Shown in pieces: positions 49,101 through 62,200 of a stretch of DNA of 64,000 nucleotides. How positions within the stretch are numbered: the first letter of the stretch is position 1; the number at the start of each line of letters is the position of its first letter. A program made the position numbers and the translations under genes. This DNA is from Eledone cirrhosa. Its lineage: Eukaryota. The stretch is from positions 53,382,001 through 53,446,000 of the forward strand of contig OZ024741.1 of NCBI GenBank assembly GCA_964016885.1, in the 5' to 3' direction. Under the pieces are notes generated by a model that was not told the DNA's origin, made no database searches, and saw only the letters and a list, made by a program, of their open reading frames with translations.

Positions 49101-50062
49101 ACTGCAAAGAAAGAACTGCTACAGAAACTGGCTAAGAAATGGCAAGAAAAGCCTCTGTATGGAAAATACCCAGAGCGAGCTAACAATCCTGATGTTGACA
49201 AAACTTTAACCCATCAGTGGTTGGCATCCTCTGGACTGAAATCGGAGACTGAAGGACTGATTATATCCGCACAAGATCAGTGTCTGCCAACAAAAAATTA
49301 CCAAGCCAACATAATAAAAAATGGGTGCAGCCCATTATGCCGTGTATGCAAAAAACAACCAGAGACCATTGACCATATAATTTCAATGTGCAGTCCTATA
49401 GCTCCAACCGAATACCTAAACAGGCATGACAGAGCTGCACAATACATACATTGGATAATGTGTAAGCATTTTGACCTGCCCCATCAAAAGAATTGGTGGG
49501 AGCATCAACCACCTCCCATACTTGAAAAAGATCACATCTCAATCTTGTGGAACTTTAGCATCCAAACAGACCGAAAAATAGATGCAAATAGACCTGATAT
49601 AATATTGAAGGACTTTCAAAGGAGGGTATGCCTGCTAATTGATATGTCTGTTCCAATAGACAAGAATGTATCTATAAAAACATTTGAAAAATTGAGCAAG
49701 TATAAGGACCTGGAAATAGAAATTGGAAAAATGTGGAAATTGAGAAGTAAAACAATACCAGTGGTTGTAGGCGCTCTGGGAATGATACCTAAGGGGTCTA
49801 ACGACTACTTATCGCAAATCCCAGGAAACCCGCGTATAGGAGAAATACAAAAGATAGTACTAATGGGAACTGCCCATATACTAAGGAAGATCCTGTCAAT
49901 ATAAGTACATCACAAGTCTAAACACTAAGGATGCATGTGTGAATATGTATGTTCTTTCTTGAACATGGCGGACCTTGTTGTCTCTTGAGGTCACTGGTTG
50001 TGACTTGGTGATAACTCGTATAAACATAAAGCAAGATAAAGGCAAATAATAATAATAATAAT
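46105..50062 (+). mobile_element. full-length R4/Dong-clade non-LTR retrotransposon
   Basis: GC-rich 5' UTR, single long ORF, short 3' UTR ending in (TAA)n at ~50045-50062. Confidence 0.93.
46266..49904 (+). CDS. R4/Dong RT-REL polyprotein (Myb-like N-terminus, RT, CCHC knuckle, restriction-like endonuclease), 1212 aa
   Basis: REKWSREDN; KSPGKD; NYRPITCL; [10 protein letters not shown]; [10 protein letters not shown]; FYMDD; YKYLG; CRVC..ETIDHIISMC; RHD; NRPDI..LIDMSVP..KLSKY. Confidence 0.95.
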   Translation: MSNDEISYRIGRHPGKKGPRPSERNQTGVKKSANGSNLPITSELETSHNRNTPTVGPPCSPPRNPKKKREKWSREDNKEVLEAFYTAMYYPSNTSNTEQTYINWKKKHPENRGYIDSNKLANIRRNIVRKKLLTDIEIDQIKLVAQSQRRENEACVSENEVNCNTSNPRVGAESLATEQIKERSEKVEGVHAQDETPNENNEIVNDKEMNENELANLKDEIMIEWMKMKESDMGERDTLPKIQNSKQNQKIIHKTNIILKNIIITNKLNITDLNHLYYASAKVTTHLCGVKMKKQRNSHKKSTWQDNINRQINLLRSDIEILTNYKVGEHVKQTKLRKLKKKYSIRSTCDIDMLIETIKQKVSAKAARIRRFEKRSRFYKDNNMFKNNQRNFYRKIGKSTITAKSIPPKEEVQEFGEKIWAEEKVHNIHVPWIDRQMKETAHLEEQTWENITVEQLRLALRKTSKWKSPGKDKIQNFWINAFTESHELLAQLYNEIVKEPEKIPSWLVNGITFLLPKNDETNNPKNYRPITCLTTMYKILTSVLTEYTYDHLITNDLFPIEQKGCKRGSYGCKDQLLVNKMILEDCHNRHKNLSIAWIDYKKAFDSLPHSWIEKCLEIFKISPVVRRFLSFSMRTWRTTLLLNSETKSLEAGEVNINCGIFQGDSLSPLLFCIALIPLSKMLNETKHGYRVHDKTINHLFYMDDLKLFAKNDEQLQGLLSTVKQFSDDIKMEFGLDKCAKATFTRGKLLKSSDINLDRGNVIRELDQEQTYKYLGVCEGDGIKHSTMRERIRKECYRRVRAILRTELNARNRIDAINTLAIPVVTYSYNVINWSSTEIRRLDTKIRKFLTMHRMHHPKADIDRIYLPRKEGGQLDIALKTATIGLSTYLRESHDWMIKLVLKHESTKRSYSITKDAQRYSNGLHISEVPFTAEMENTEKAKQVKVTAKKELLQKLAKKWQEKPLYGKYPERANNPDVDKTLTHQWLASSGLKSETEGLIISAQDQCLPTKNYQANIIKNGCSPLCRVCKKQPETIDHIISMCSPIAPTEYLNRHDRAAQYIHWIMCKHFDLPHQKNWWEHQPPPILEKDHISILWNFSIQTDRKIDANRPDIILKDFQRRVCLLIDMSVPIDKNVSIKTFEKLSKYKDLEIEIGKMWKLRSKTIPVVVGALGMIPKGSNDYLSQIPGNPRIGEIQKIVLMGTAHILRKILSI

Positions 50063-50279
50063 CAATAATAAAAATCAAAATCAAAGCAGCACAGCAACAA
50101 CGAAAAACGTAAAGAAAATAAGAATGAAGAGAAAAACAAACAGACGGACAGAGAAGGGAAGGGAAAAACTAAGTCAGACATTCAAACACTACATTACAAT
50201 GAAACTTATGCTTATTCATTTTTGGGGTTTTTTCTGCCTGTTTGTTTGTTTGTTTATTTGTGTTCGTCTACAGCGTGAT

Positions 50280-53200
50280 AATGCCACACAAAAGTCACGT
50301 GGAGTGGCGAAACCACCGGAGACGATGAATTCACCGGTGGTTATGTAACCATACATTCGCCAATCCTCGATAAGAGTGTTTAAATGTCGAACCTAAACAG
50401 TTCGAATAACGGTGAAATGGAGACTAGAATGTCATGTGACAGACTTTCACTCAACAGGTGCTCCCTGGCTCAGCAGCAGGGACCTGGCTGTCAACCAAAT
50501 ACTGCTGGTGTCGGAGGAAGAAGAAGAAGGAAAGGGACCAGAACCAACTGGACGAAAGAATTGAATAGAACTGTTATGCAATATTACCTGAAGAGTAACC
50601 CCAAGGAGAAAGGCTATAGGAAACGGATGCATAACATCTGGAACGAGATTGGTCTATTTAAATTAGATGAACAAAAATTGGCCGGGCAGGCTCGGGTAAT
50701 AAGAACTAATGGGTGGATAAGCGAGCTGGAACTGGAGGAACTGAGCAGAGAGATTAGCTTGGAGATGAAGAGTGGAGTATGGCAAGCAAACGAGCCAGTG
50801 GGAAATGAAGGTCGGGAGAACGGAGGAACCACCCGAAGCAGACAATGATCTGAATGCTGAGATAAATAGTACCTGGAACAGAGATACGGCCACTGAGGAA
50901 ATGAATGCTGACGGGCTAGGACAAGATTTGGTTGATATCCTAAACTTAGTGGTAGATGAATTGAACAATGATAGTGGGAGACCTATGAACCTAAGATTTG
51001 TAGACAGGAAAAAGTTAAAAGAAATAACAGCTAAGGTAAACAAAGTCATCCCATACCTTGAGGCGAGGAGCCTTCACCAGTGCAACAATATCCTCAAAGC
51101 AACAGCAAATACGGTGAGGAAACTACTTGGTATAAAAGCGAGAGGAAACAACAGACAAGAAAGAACAGAGCCATGGTGGAAGAAACGACTGAGTGGTCAA
51201 ATCAGGGAAATGAGAAATGAGATTGGAAAGCTTGAGTCCCTACTGAATGGGACACTAAAAAACATAGACACTAAAATAGACGGGAAATAAAGTACAAAAC
51301 TAGGAAGAAAAAGCTAAATATTATCATAGAGGAACTGAAGCAACGCATTGTAGCAACGAGTGCAAAAATCAGGCGATACGAGAACAGAGTCAGTCAGTAT
51401 AGACAGAACCGCATGTTCGATAACAACCAGAAGATGTTGTTTGGAGAGCTTCAAGGGAAAGAAAGAGGCAACGACTTGATCCCTGAGGCGGAACAAAATA
51501 AAACATTCTGGAGAGGAACATGGGAGCAGGATGTTAAACATAATGACCAGGCAGTGTGGATTGAGACAGTACAGAAGGAGATCGTGAACAGGCACACCAA
51601 CAAACTGATTTGAGTATCACAGTTGAAACTCTTAAGGGGCAGGCCAAAAAACTAACCAACTGGAAATCACCAGGCCCAGATGGTGTGCAGGGGTATTGGA
51701 TTAAAAATATAACATCCCTCCACCCGAAACTGACAACCATGTTCAATGACTACTTGATGTCAGGTGAGGTACCAGAGTGGTTGACAAAAGGTACCACAGT
51801 TCTGATAATGAAAGACCGAATCAAGGGTAATGATGTTACCAACTACAGACCTATCACATGTCTGTCCGTAATGTGGAAACTGTTGACAAGCATTATGTCT
51901 GAAGAAAATCTACCATCACCTCCACACAAACAACTTGTTACCGGACGAACAGAAAGGATGCCGAAAGAAGTCACGTGGTACAAAGGACCAGTTATTTATT
52001 GATAAGGTGGTAATGAGGAATTGCAAGAGGAGACACACTGGTCTTACCATGGGATGGATAGACTACAAAAAGGCATTTGACATGGTGCCTCATTCTTGGA
52101 TCACCAAAAGCCTGGAGATCTTCAAGGTGGCAGATAACATCAGACAGTTGTTGGGCAAAAGTATGAAGTCCTGGGAAACAGAGTTAACATCAACTGGAGA
52201 ATCCTTGGGAATCGTGAAGATCAATAGAGGTATCTTCCAGGGAGATAGTCTGTCCCCTCTGTTGTTTGTCCTTGCCCTGATGCCCCTGACCAGTGTACTG
52301 CGAAAAGTGAGAGCAGGATACAGGTTGGGAAAGGGAGGGCTTACCATCAATCACCTCCTCTTCATGGACGATCTTAAGCTCTTCGGGAAGAGTGAGAAGG
52401 AGTTGGATGTGCTTGTTGACACTGTCCGTATTTTCAGCAATGATATATGTATGCAATTTGGAGTCATTGTGATGAGGAGGGGTAAGTTGAGCAGAAGTAA
52501 CGGAATCCAGATACCAACAGGTGAGATGATAAAGGAAATTGACTCTGAGGAAGGATACAAGTATTTGGGCGTTCTGGAGGCTGATGACATCAAGAACAAA
52601 AAAATGAAGGACTTGATAAGAACTGAATACCTTCGGAGAGTAAGGAGCGTATTAAAGTCACATCTGAACAGTAGGAATGTCATAAGTGCAGTAAATTCCC
52701 GAGCTGTGTCTATTATTAGGTACAGTGCAGGAATTCTGAGATGGAATGTTGCTGAACAAAAAGAAATGGATAGGAAGACTAGGAAGCTATTGACTATCTA
52801 CAACATGTTCCACAAGAGGAGTGATGTCGATAGACTCTACTTAAGGAGATCTGAGGGTGGAAGAGGTCTTATCAGCATAGAGGACTGTGTTCAGATGGAG
52901 AAAAACAACCTACACAAATCGTGACTGATAGTAAGGAGCCAATGCTCAGAACTGTACTGAAGGAGGGGACAATAGGCCAAGGGATGTCCAAGGAGGAAAT
53001 AACATCAAGTAGAAAGAGCAGCCTTCAGGAAAAATCCCTTCATAGTACCTTCTTTGAGAGAACTGAATTTAGAGATCCACAGACATGTAACTGGTTAAAA
53101 AGAGGAGACCTTAAAAAGGCTACAGAAGGAATGTTAATGGCTGCGCAGGAGCAGGCTCTCAAAACGAAGTGGTTAAAACACCACATTTACAAGGAGGAGG

Positions 53201-53862
53201 CTAGCCCACTGTGCAGGATCTGTGGAGAGAGAGAGGAGACTGTGGCTCACATTGTATCCGAGTGTAAACACCTAGCCCAGACTCAATATAAGGGCTGGAG
53301 ACATGATGTGATGGGCAGGGTGATCCACTGGCACCTATGCAAAGTAAACAATTTACCACATTCTGAGAAGTGGTATGAGCATAAGCCAGAGGCGGTGATA
53401 GAAAACGATCAGGTGAAGGTGCTGTGGGATTTTAGGATACAGACGGACAAGAAACTGGAACACAATAGACCTGACCTGGTGGTTTTGGACAAAGAAAAAA
53501 GATCGTGCCTGATTGTGGATGTGGCCTGCCCATTCGACACGAGATTGCAAGAGAAGGAGAGGGAGAAAATTAACCGATACCAGGACTTAAAGTGGGAGGT
53601 AAAAAGGATTTGGAACTGCCATGAAGTCAAAGTGATCCCGATTGTCATAGGTGCACTAGGGACTATCTCAAAAAGTTTCCAGGGATGGTTAAAGAAAATT
53701 GGCCCCTTCACGCTTTTTTTGAACGCTTCAAAAGGCATGCTTGCTGGGAACAGCAAGAACCCTCCGATACGTCCTGAATATGTTAGGCTGCAGGTAGTGG
53801 CTTCATATTCATTTTAACAAACTTTCCAGTTAACTAACATCAATGACTGAGACTCAAAGAGT
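50280..53862 (+). mobile_element. second, divergent full-length R4/Dong-clade element, frameshifted
   Basis: ORF pieces 50384-53817: [63 protein letters not shown]; (TAA)n tail. Confidence 0.92.
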
Positions 53863-53874
53863 AATAACAACAAC

Positions 53875-53922
<48 letters not shown>
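53862..53922. repeat. (TAA)n tract shared by the Dong tail (+) and Tx1 tail (-)
   Basis: Direct repeat between the two elements' 3' ends. Confidence 0.95.
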
Positions 53923-53924
<2 letters not shown>

Positions 53925-54200
53925 TTTCATTTATTAGCCACAAGGGCCGACATGTAGGGGACAATACAAAGACAGGGACAGTGGGGGTTTACAATAAGGT
54001 CGAGTAAAAGTGCACAATGGCAAGACTAATTTAACAATGAAAATATAACAATATAATATAAACTATGCATAAATATAACAAAATAAATTCCCCGATTGGG
54101 GGTGGACGACTCTGGCGTGATTCGGGTACCCCACCAATGCTGAACCACCCTGCGCTTCTAGGGCACCCAGGAGAGCACCCCTCTCCTCAAGTTAGCAAGC

Positions 54201-57200
54201 CTATAGGCGCATGGTCAGAGTAGGCCCATTCACACGAGCCATTCTCGCCACATTCACCCACCTTTTAGCAAATGTACTGGGGGGCAGCACTTCTCTCTCC
54301 ACCCTCACCCTCCTTTCCAGGTGAAACTTGAAGAAGTTGATGAGGGATTGGCCGAAGAGAAAAGTGTCTGTCTTCAGTCCTTTCAACCTGGTCCACCATA
54401 TAATCTCTTTCGCAACTGCCACCAGACAGAGGAAAATGTCCTGCTCTTCCTGACCTAAGGAAGGTGGGGGCTCGATCTTCACTATGGACTCGGCCGATAG
54501 CCGGATCCGTTCCACACGCGACAGTAGCTGTTCGACATAACTCCACATGTCAGTAATGCACGGACATTGGACAAGTGCGTGCAGAACAGTTTCATCGTTC
54601 TGTGCAAATCTTGGGCAGGTCCGTCTGACAGCACTTCCGTGCCTGTAGAGTTTATCCCGAACCGGCAGTGCACCCCGGTAGCACTGCTAAGCGAGGGATT
54701 TCTGGAAATTGTCCATCGTCCCCGGCTCAAAAGTCCTCCGGTACAGACCGGTCAGTTCGACTTCGTCGAGGCCCAAAGCTTCTCCGAGTGCGTCATCGCA
54801 CTTGCCCACCACTAATCCTCTATAGAACTCGAGAGTGGAAGTTCCACTGATCGCATTGCCCGCTTGGTAGAGGGCAGTGAGTGCCTGGCAACATTCCAGG
54901 TGCCAGTCACCCAGTCTCGGTCTCTTCTTGACCCAGGAATGCAACTCAGTCAAAGAAATGAGCTGCGGAAAGGCCCGTCTGATAAACGGCGACCACACCT
55001 GTTCAGCATTGAGGCAGAATATCTGGAGATGTCGCAGCCTCAACGCATGTCTGCGCATCATTAGCCACGGCATGCCCAGCCCTCCGCGTAGAGGGTGCTG
55101 GCAGCAGATGGACCGCCTCACCAACGGAACTTGTCCCCTCCACAAGAATTTGAAGAGGAGCCGCTCCAAGATGACGAGGCGCGGACGGGGGCAAAGCACG
55201 ACGGTTAGGCGGTAGTAGATGACGGACGCGATGTACGCATTCGCCACCTCCGCGCGACCTTTCAGTGATAGCTTCCTCCCAGCCCATTTTTGGGTGAGAC
55301 TGGCTACTCTGCTCGTTACCTCGTCCCAATTCTTTTCCACCTGGAGGTCTGGTCCGAACCAAACCCCGAGCAACTTTACTGGTCCGTCCGTCCAGCGCCC
55401 CACGACGCTGTTGGACGGCATGGGCTTGCCTCTCCAGGTTCCGAGTTGCAAGCCCACCGACTTTTCCGGGTTAAGTTTGGCTCCTGTCAACCTTTCATAT
55501 TCCTTCAATAAGGTGCCGACCACCTCGATCTCTGAGGTGTTTGACACCATCACGGTGATGTCGTCCGCATAAGCCGACACCGCCTTCCCACGTCCCGGTT
55601 CGAGCGGGATGCCCTGCAACAGCTCCAGCTTCCGCAGTAAAGGCTCGAGAGTCAATACGTACAGAAGGGAAGAGAGAGGGCACCCTTGACGGACCGATCG
55701 GGAGAGCCGGAATGGTTCCGAGAGGTGGCCATTAACCTTGACCACCGAGCGTGTGCCGCTGTGCATTGCAACGATCCAGCTTCTAAAGACAGGGCCGAAG
55801 CCAGCTGCTTTGAGGACAAACTCCAGATACCGATGGTCGACCCATTCGAATGCTTTCGATTGATCTAAATTGATCAGTGCCCCACCGAAGCCACGTTTAC
55901 ACCCTACCCTCTCTATGATGTATCGCATTAGGTGGAGGTTGTCGTGTATGGACCTGGCTGGGATTGCGCAAGTTTGCGCCTCCCCAACCAAATCATTGAC
56001 GACAAGCGCCAATCTCTTTGCTAACACCTTGGCCAAAATCTTAAACTCTGTGTTGAGCAGAGTTATGGGCCTGAAGTTGTCTAATGTATCCCTCTTGTTC
56101 TCGTCTTTCCTTATCAGCGTCACCACTCCCTTGCTCACAGAACTGGGAATACTCCCATTCTGCTGCCAGTTACAGTAGAGTGCTTCGAGGAGTTCGGAGA
56201 ACAAGTCTGGCATATTTACGTAAAGCTCGTAGGGCAGGCCTTCCAAACCGGGGGACTTGCGCCTCATGCAGCCGACAAGGGCGTCCTGAATTTCATCTGA
56301 AGTAATCGGCCTTTCGCAGCGCTCAGCGTCGACCGTCGAGATGCGCGGCAAGCCGTCAAGGTAGGGACTGAAATCCGCTACTCTCTCTGACTCGCCACTC
56401 TCCCCGAACAACCGAGCAAAGTGCTGGCGAAAGGCCTCACACAACCGCTTGGAATCGCTTATCTCGTGTCCGTCTCGGTCCGCCAAAGACCGAATTGTGG
56501 TTTTATTACCACGCTGCGCCTCCGCCACGCGGGCCCATCGAACAGCTTTAGTTCCCTCGTTTCTCAGCGCACGCGCCTTAGCTCTGACAATGCAACCTTC
56601 GTGTTTCGCATTGAAGAAATGGTCTAATGACATTCTCACCGCTAGCACGTCAGTTGCGATGCCACTACAAATAGCCTCATCTAACTTATCTACCAGCTCC
56701 CCCTCCTTTCTATTTTTCTCTAACGCTAGTTCTTTGCTGAACTCTATCGAAGATACTCTAATCTCTCTTTTGAGAGCCCCCCACCATCTGTTGTTGATGA
56801 TCCCCCCTGTCAACTTTTGCTTAACTAACTTGTTGACTCAGTCCCTGTAAGCCTTACGTGCCGGAAATGACATGTTCAGCTTCCAGTAACCCGGTCCTAA
56901 CCTACGCGTTTTATTTAGGTCGACCGTACAGATCACAAATTTGTGATCTGAATAGGCGACCGTTTTAAAAAGTGGACAGCCCACACTATTTCTATCTATT
57001 TTCCTAATGGAGATTCTGTCTATATACTATCTAGATGACCCCATTCGGTTGGTCCATGTCCATACTGGCACATTGGGGAAATCTAGTCGATACCTGTCAG
57101 ACAGTTGGAACTGGCTGAGTAGGTGCTTGAGGCTTTTGCACCCCCGCTCCTATCGGCTACTCCCACACAATCCCAGCGTGCGTCTAAGATTCCATTCCAG

Positions 57201-57622
57201 TCCCCCGCTAACAGTAAAGGGCGAGACGTACCCAGAAAGGTCTCCAGGCGCCTAAAGATGTCAGGTCGTCCGGCCCCTGTAGGGGCGTAGACGGCCAGCA
57301 GTCTAAAGGCACCACCTTCGCTACTGCTCACATCCAAGACCACCAACTTACCGTCCGGGTCCCGGAAGATCGACCTTACCTCGAGATCCAGTCCTTTCCT
57401 AAACAGCACTGCCACCCCACCCCCCATTCCCGGCCTGCTAACAGATGCGAAGATCTGATAGTCGTCGAAAATGGGGGCTAGTGCGCGCGTGTCGGAAATT
57501 CTGGTCTCGCTTACGGCAATCACATCCATTTCCAGCGACCGGAGGTCGTTGAGCAGGCGACCCTGCTTCCAGGGTGACCCCAGGCCGCGAACATTTAAAC
57601 TTCCTACTCTTAATATGGCCAT
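54201..57622 (-). pseudogene. Tx1 ORF2 (APE endonuclease + RT), disrupted
   Basis: SLNVRGL, VSET, VYAP, AGDWN, SDH, GYWKLN, FRPITLLN, LDQSKAF, RQGCPLS, YADD; several frameshifts and stops. Confidence 0.93.
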
Positions 57623-59270
57623 ATTGGTAAGAGAGAGAGAGGGAAGGTTTATTACCTCCCGGGTCTTGTGAAGGTCGGGTGATTCGACCTCCATGGTTGG
57701 TGGGGTTTCTTTTGGGAACCCCTTTAAAAGTCCTGATGTGGGTTTCACATTCGGGTTTCCCACGTCTTGAGGAAAGCTCTCTCGAATTTCCTTGAAGGAA
57801 TTGAGTGACATTCGGACCAGAAGCAAATCTTCTGGCACGAAAAATGTGCTCATTTCAAAAATCTCCCCCTCTGTTTGAATGTCCTCGCTTCGCGCTAAGA
57901 GGGCCATCAGTTTATCGTTGGCCCTTCTGACAAGCACGAAGTTTTTAACATTTTGTTGGTGTGGTTTTATTTGTTTTCGTTTTGGTGAAGGTGGTGGCGA
58001 TGGTTTTGGTGGTGTTGTTTCGGGTATGTCTATGTTTGTTGTAGGTGTGGTGTCTGCAATTTCAGGTATTTGTGTGTTTATTTGTACTTGTGTTTGTTTA
58101 GGCTGTTTGCGTTTCGGGGATTGTGGAGGTGGTGTCGATGTTGCTGATGGTGCTGATGTTATTGGGGAAGTGTTTGCGTTAGTGGTGTCTGTATTTTTTG
58201 TTGTGTGTGTATTTGTGTTTTGTTGGGCTTTTTTTTTTTGTGAGTTTTCTCTGTTTTTTTGCACTTTTGGGTTTTCCTTCATCTTCGCTGCTGGAAGACA
58301 AAGGGTCTGTGTCTGTGAGTGTCTCTGTGTCTGTGTGTGCGTTTATTTTTTTTTTGTCTATGTGTATAATTGGGGGTGGGGAGTGGGATAGCTTTCCTCG
58401 TTTTCTCCTTGGATTGGTTTTGGTGTTGGTGGTGATCCGGCTGCTTTTGATGTTGGTGTCCGTGTTTTTGTTGATGTTGTTTTTGGCGGTGGTGGTGGTG
58501 CAGCTTTCCGTGCTGACACTGGCGTTGGCAACAAAGGAGGTTTGCGACCCCCTGCATTTTTGCGCTGAGGGCAGAAGGCTTGAAGATGCGTTGCTTCCCC
58601 GCAAACGAAGCAGCGTGGCCTTCTTCCGTCAATCATTAGTTGGATTGTTGTCCCGTCCTGCAGGTGGGAAAAATCTGGGATGTTATTCTTATCCTCCGGT
58701 TTCATTTGGAGAAGAATCTCCAAATCTATTCCGGACAGTCCTCTCTCTCTGTCCGTTTGATGTCCAGGAGGATGGTGTCTGTCCCCTCCTCGATTACGCA
58801 TCCCAGCAGCCACCATATGTTCATTCCTGGTGGGATGCTGGGAATGCGTACCTTCACTGTCCTTTTACCCATATAGGACGGATGCATGATAATGCGTTCC
58901 GTTCTGCAGGGGGTCACCGAGTGCTTAATAGCGAGGGCCTCGGTTTTGAACAGTACCGAGATGGTACCGAACTGTTTGCCTCTTGCTTTGTACTCTATGT
59001 TACTTCCGATGTACTCCAAAGCAGCCTCTACCTCTGCTTGGCTCGCAAGTTCCACTTTTCGTGTCTGCACCGAAATACATCGAAAGACCACCGTCCTCCT
59101 TTGCATGGCCGCTATTGCCTCGTCCGGGATGGTCAGGTTTGCCCAGGACTTCTCCCGTTTAATTAGCCTCCACGCTTTGGCCAACTGTTCGTCTTTATCG
59201 CTAATATCAATATTGATATTCAATAAGCGCTTTGTTTTTGCTGCTGCTGCCGCAAATGTGGTGTTTCTGG
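57623..59270 (-). pseudogene. Tx1 ORF1 (zinc-knuckle nucleic-acid-binding protein), frameshifted
   Basis: CFVCGEATHLQAFC (CX2CX4HX4C) followed by a P/T/K-rich region. Confidence 0.8.
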
Positions 59271-59287
59271 TGCTAATAATAATAATG

Positions 59288-62200
59288 ATTTCATTTATTG
59301 GCCACAAGGGCCGACATATAGGGGACAATACAGAAGACTGGGACAGTGGGGTTTTACAGAAAAATCGAGCAAACAATATGAATAACAACAACAAAGTAAC
59401 AATAATAAAGTAACAATAAAGTAACAATAAAATTACAAGAAAAAATTCCCCAATAGGGGGGATGACCACTTAGGGTTCGGTCAGGTACCCCACCAGTCCT
59501 GAACGACCCGACGCTTCGAGAGCACCCTGGAAGGGCACCCCTCTCCTCTTCAAATTTACCTACCTACAGCCGCATGACCAGATAGGCCCATTCACACCAC
59601 ATTCACCCACCTTTCAGCAAATGTACTGGGGGGCAGCGCTTCTCTCTCCACCCTCACCTTCCTTTCCAAGTGAAACTTGAAAAAGTTGATGAGGGATTGG
59701 CCGAAGAGAAAAGTGTCTGTCTTCAGTCCTTTCAACCTCGTCCACCATACAACCTCTTTCGCGACTGCCACCAGACAGAGGAAAATTGCCTGCCCTTCCT
59801 GGCCAAAAGAAGGCGGCGGGTCGATCTTCACTATGGACTCGGCCGATAGCCGGATCCGTTCTACACGCGACAACAGCTGTCGACATAACTCCACAAGTCA
59901 GTAATGCACGGACACTGGACGAGTGCGTGCAGAACGGTTTCGTCGCTCTGCGCGTATCTCAGGCAGGTCCGTCTGACAGCACTTCCGTGCCTGTAGAGTT
60001 TATCTCGAACCGGCAGTGCCCCCCGGTAGCACTGCTAAGCGAGGGATTTTGAGAAATTATCCATCGTCCCCGGCTCGAAAGTCCTCCGGTACAGGCTGGT
60101 TAGTTCGACTTCGTTGACTCCCAGAGCCACTCCGAGTGCGTCGTCGCACTTGCCCACCACTAATCCTTCTAGAACACGGGAGTGGAAGTTCCACTGACCG
60201 CATTGCCCGCCTGGTAGAGGGCAGTGAGTGCCTGGCAACATTCCAGATGCCAGTCACCCAGTCTCGGTCTCTTCTTGACCCAGGACTGCAACTCAGTCAA
60301 AGAAACGAGCTGCGGAAAGGCCCGTCTGACAAACGGCGACCACACATGTTCCCCGTTTAGGCAGAATATCTGGAGATGCCGCAGTCTAAGAGCGTGCCTG
60401 CGCATTATTAGCCACGGCATGCCCAGCCCTCCGCCTAGAGGGCGCTGGCAGCAGATGGACCGCCTCACCAGCGGAACCTGACCCCTCCACAAGAATTTGA
60501 AGAGGAGCCGCTCCAAGATGGCGAGGCGCGAACGGGGAAAGGGACGACAGTCAGACGGTAGTAGATGACGGACGCAATGTAAGCGTTCGCTACCTCCGCC
60601 CGACCTTTCAGTGATAACTTCATCCCAGCCCATTTCTGGGTGAGATTGACTACTCTGCCCGTCACCTCGTCCCAATTCTTTTTCACCTGGAGGTCTGGCC
60701 CGAACCAAATCCAGAGCAACTTTACCGGTCCGTCCGTCCAGCGCCTAACGACGCTGTTGGATGGCATGGACTTGCCTCTCCAGGTGCCGAGTTGCAAGCC
60801 CACTGACTTTTCCGGGTTAAGTTTTGCTCCCGTCAACCTTTCATATTCCTCCAATAAGTTGCCGACCACCACGATTTCTGAGGTGTCCGACACCATCACG
60901 GTGATGTCGTCCGCATAAGCTGACTCAGCCTTTCCGCGTCACGGTTCGAGCGTGATGCCCTGCAACAGCTCCAGCTTCCGCAGTAAAGGCTCGAGAGTCA
61001 ATACGTACAGAAGGGAGGAGAGAGGGCACCCATGACGGACCGATCGGGAGACCTGAAACGGTTCCGAGAGGTGACCATTAATTTTAACCACCGAGCAGGT
61101 GCCGCTGTGCATTACAGCGATCCAGCTTCTGAAGACGGAGCCGAAGCCAGCCGCCTTGAGGACAGTCAGGTACCGATGGTCGACCCTATGGAATGCTTTC
61201 GATTGATCTAAATTGATCAGAGCCCCACCGAAGCCAGGTTTACACCCGACCCTCTCTATGATGTATCGCATTAGGTGGAGGTTGTCGTGTATGGACCTGG
61301 TTGGGATTGTGCAAGTTTGCGCCTCCCCAACCAAATCCCCGACGACAAGCGCCAACCTCTTCGCTAACACCCTGGCCAAAATCTTAAACTCTGTGTTGAG
61401 CAGAGTTATGGGCCTGAAATTGTCTAATGTGTCCATCTTGTTCTCGTCTTTCCTTATCAGCGTCACCACTCCCCTGCTCACAGAACTGGGAATACTCCCG
61501 TTTTGCTGCCAGTTGCAGTAGAGGGCTTCGAGGAGATTGGAGAACAAGTCGGGCATATTTACGTAAAGCTCGTAGAGCAGACCATCCAAACCGGGTGACT
61601 TGCGCCTCATGCAACCGACAAGGGCATCCTGAATCTCGGCTGAAGTGATTGGCCTTTCGTAGCGCCAACGTCAGCCGTCGAGAGTAGCGGCAAGACATCG
61701 AGGTAGGGACTGAAGTCCGCCACCATCTCTGACCCGCTACTTCCCCCGAACAACCGAGCAAAATGTTGGCGAAAGGCCTCACACATCCTCTTGGAATCAC
61801 TCAGTTCGTGTCCGTCTCGGTTCGTCAAAGACCGAATCATGGTTTTATTACCACGCTTCGCCTCTGCCACGCGGGCCCATCGAATAGCTTTGGTTCCCTC
61901 GTTTCTCAGAGCACGCGCCTTAGCTCTGACAATGCGACCTTCGTGTTTCGCATTGAAGAAATGGTCTAATGCCATTCTCGCCGCTAGCACCTCAGTTGCA
62001 ATGCCACTACCAATAGCCTCGTCTAACTTATCTACCAACTCTCCCGCCTTTCTATTTTTCTCTAACGCTACTTCTATGCTAAACTCTATCGACATTACTC
62101 TAATCTCTCTTTTGAGAGCCCCCACCATCTATTGTTGATGACTCCCCCTGTTAACTTTTTCTTAACTAAATTGTCGACCTGATCCCTGTAAGCCTTACGT

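Larger units (their letters stand above)
53923..59273 (-). mobile_element. near-full-length Tx1-clade (L1 superfamily) LINE, copy 1
   Basis: ORF1 with CCHC knuckle; ORF2 with APE, RT and zinc finger; AATAAA-containing 3' end followed by (ATT)n. Confidence 0.93.

Noticed and set aside
57879-59413. Plus-strand ORFs antisense to Tx1 ORF1 (e.g. 322 aa)
   Set aside because: Shadow frames of low-complexity CA-rich coding sequence; not preserved at similar length in copy 2.
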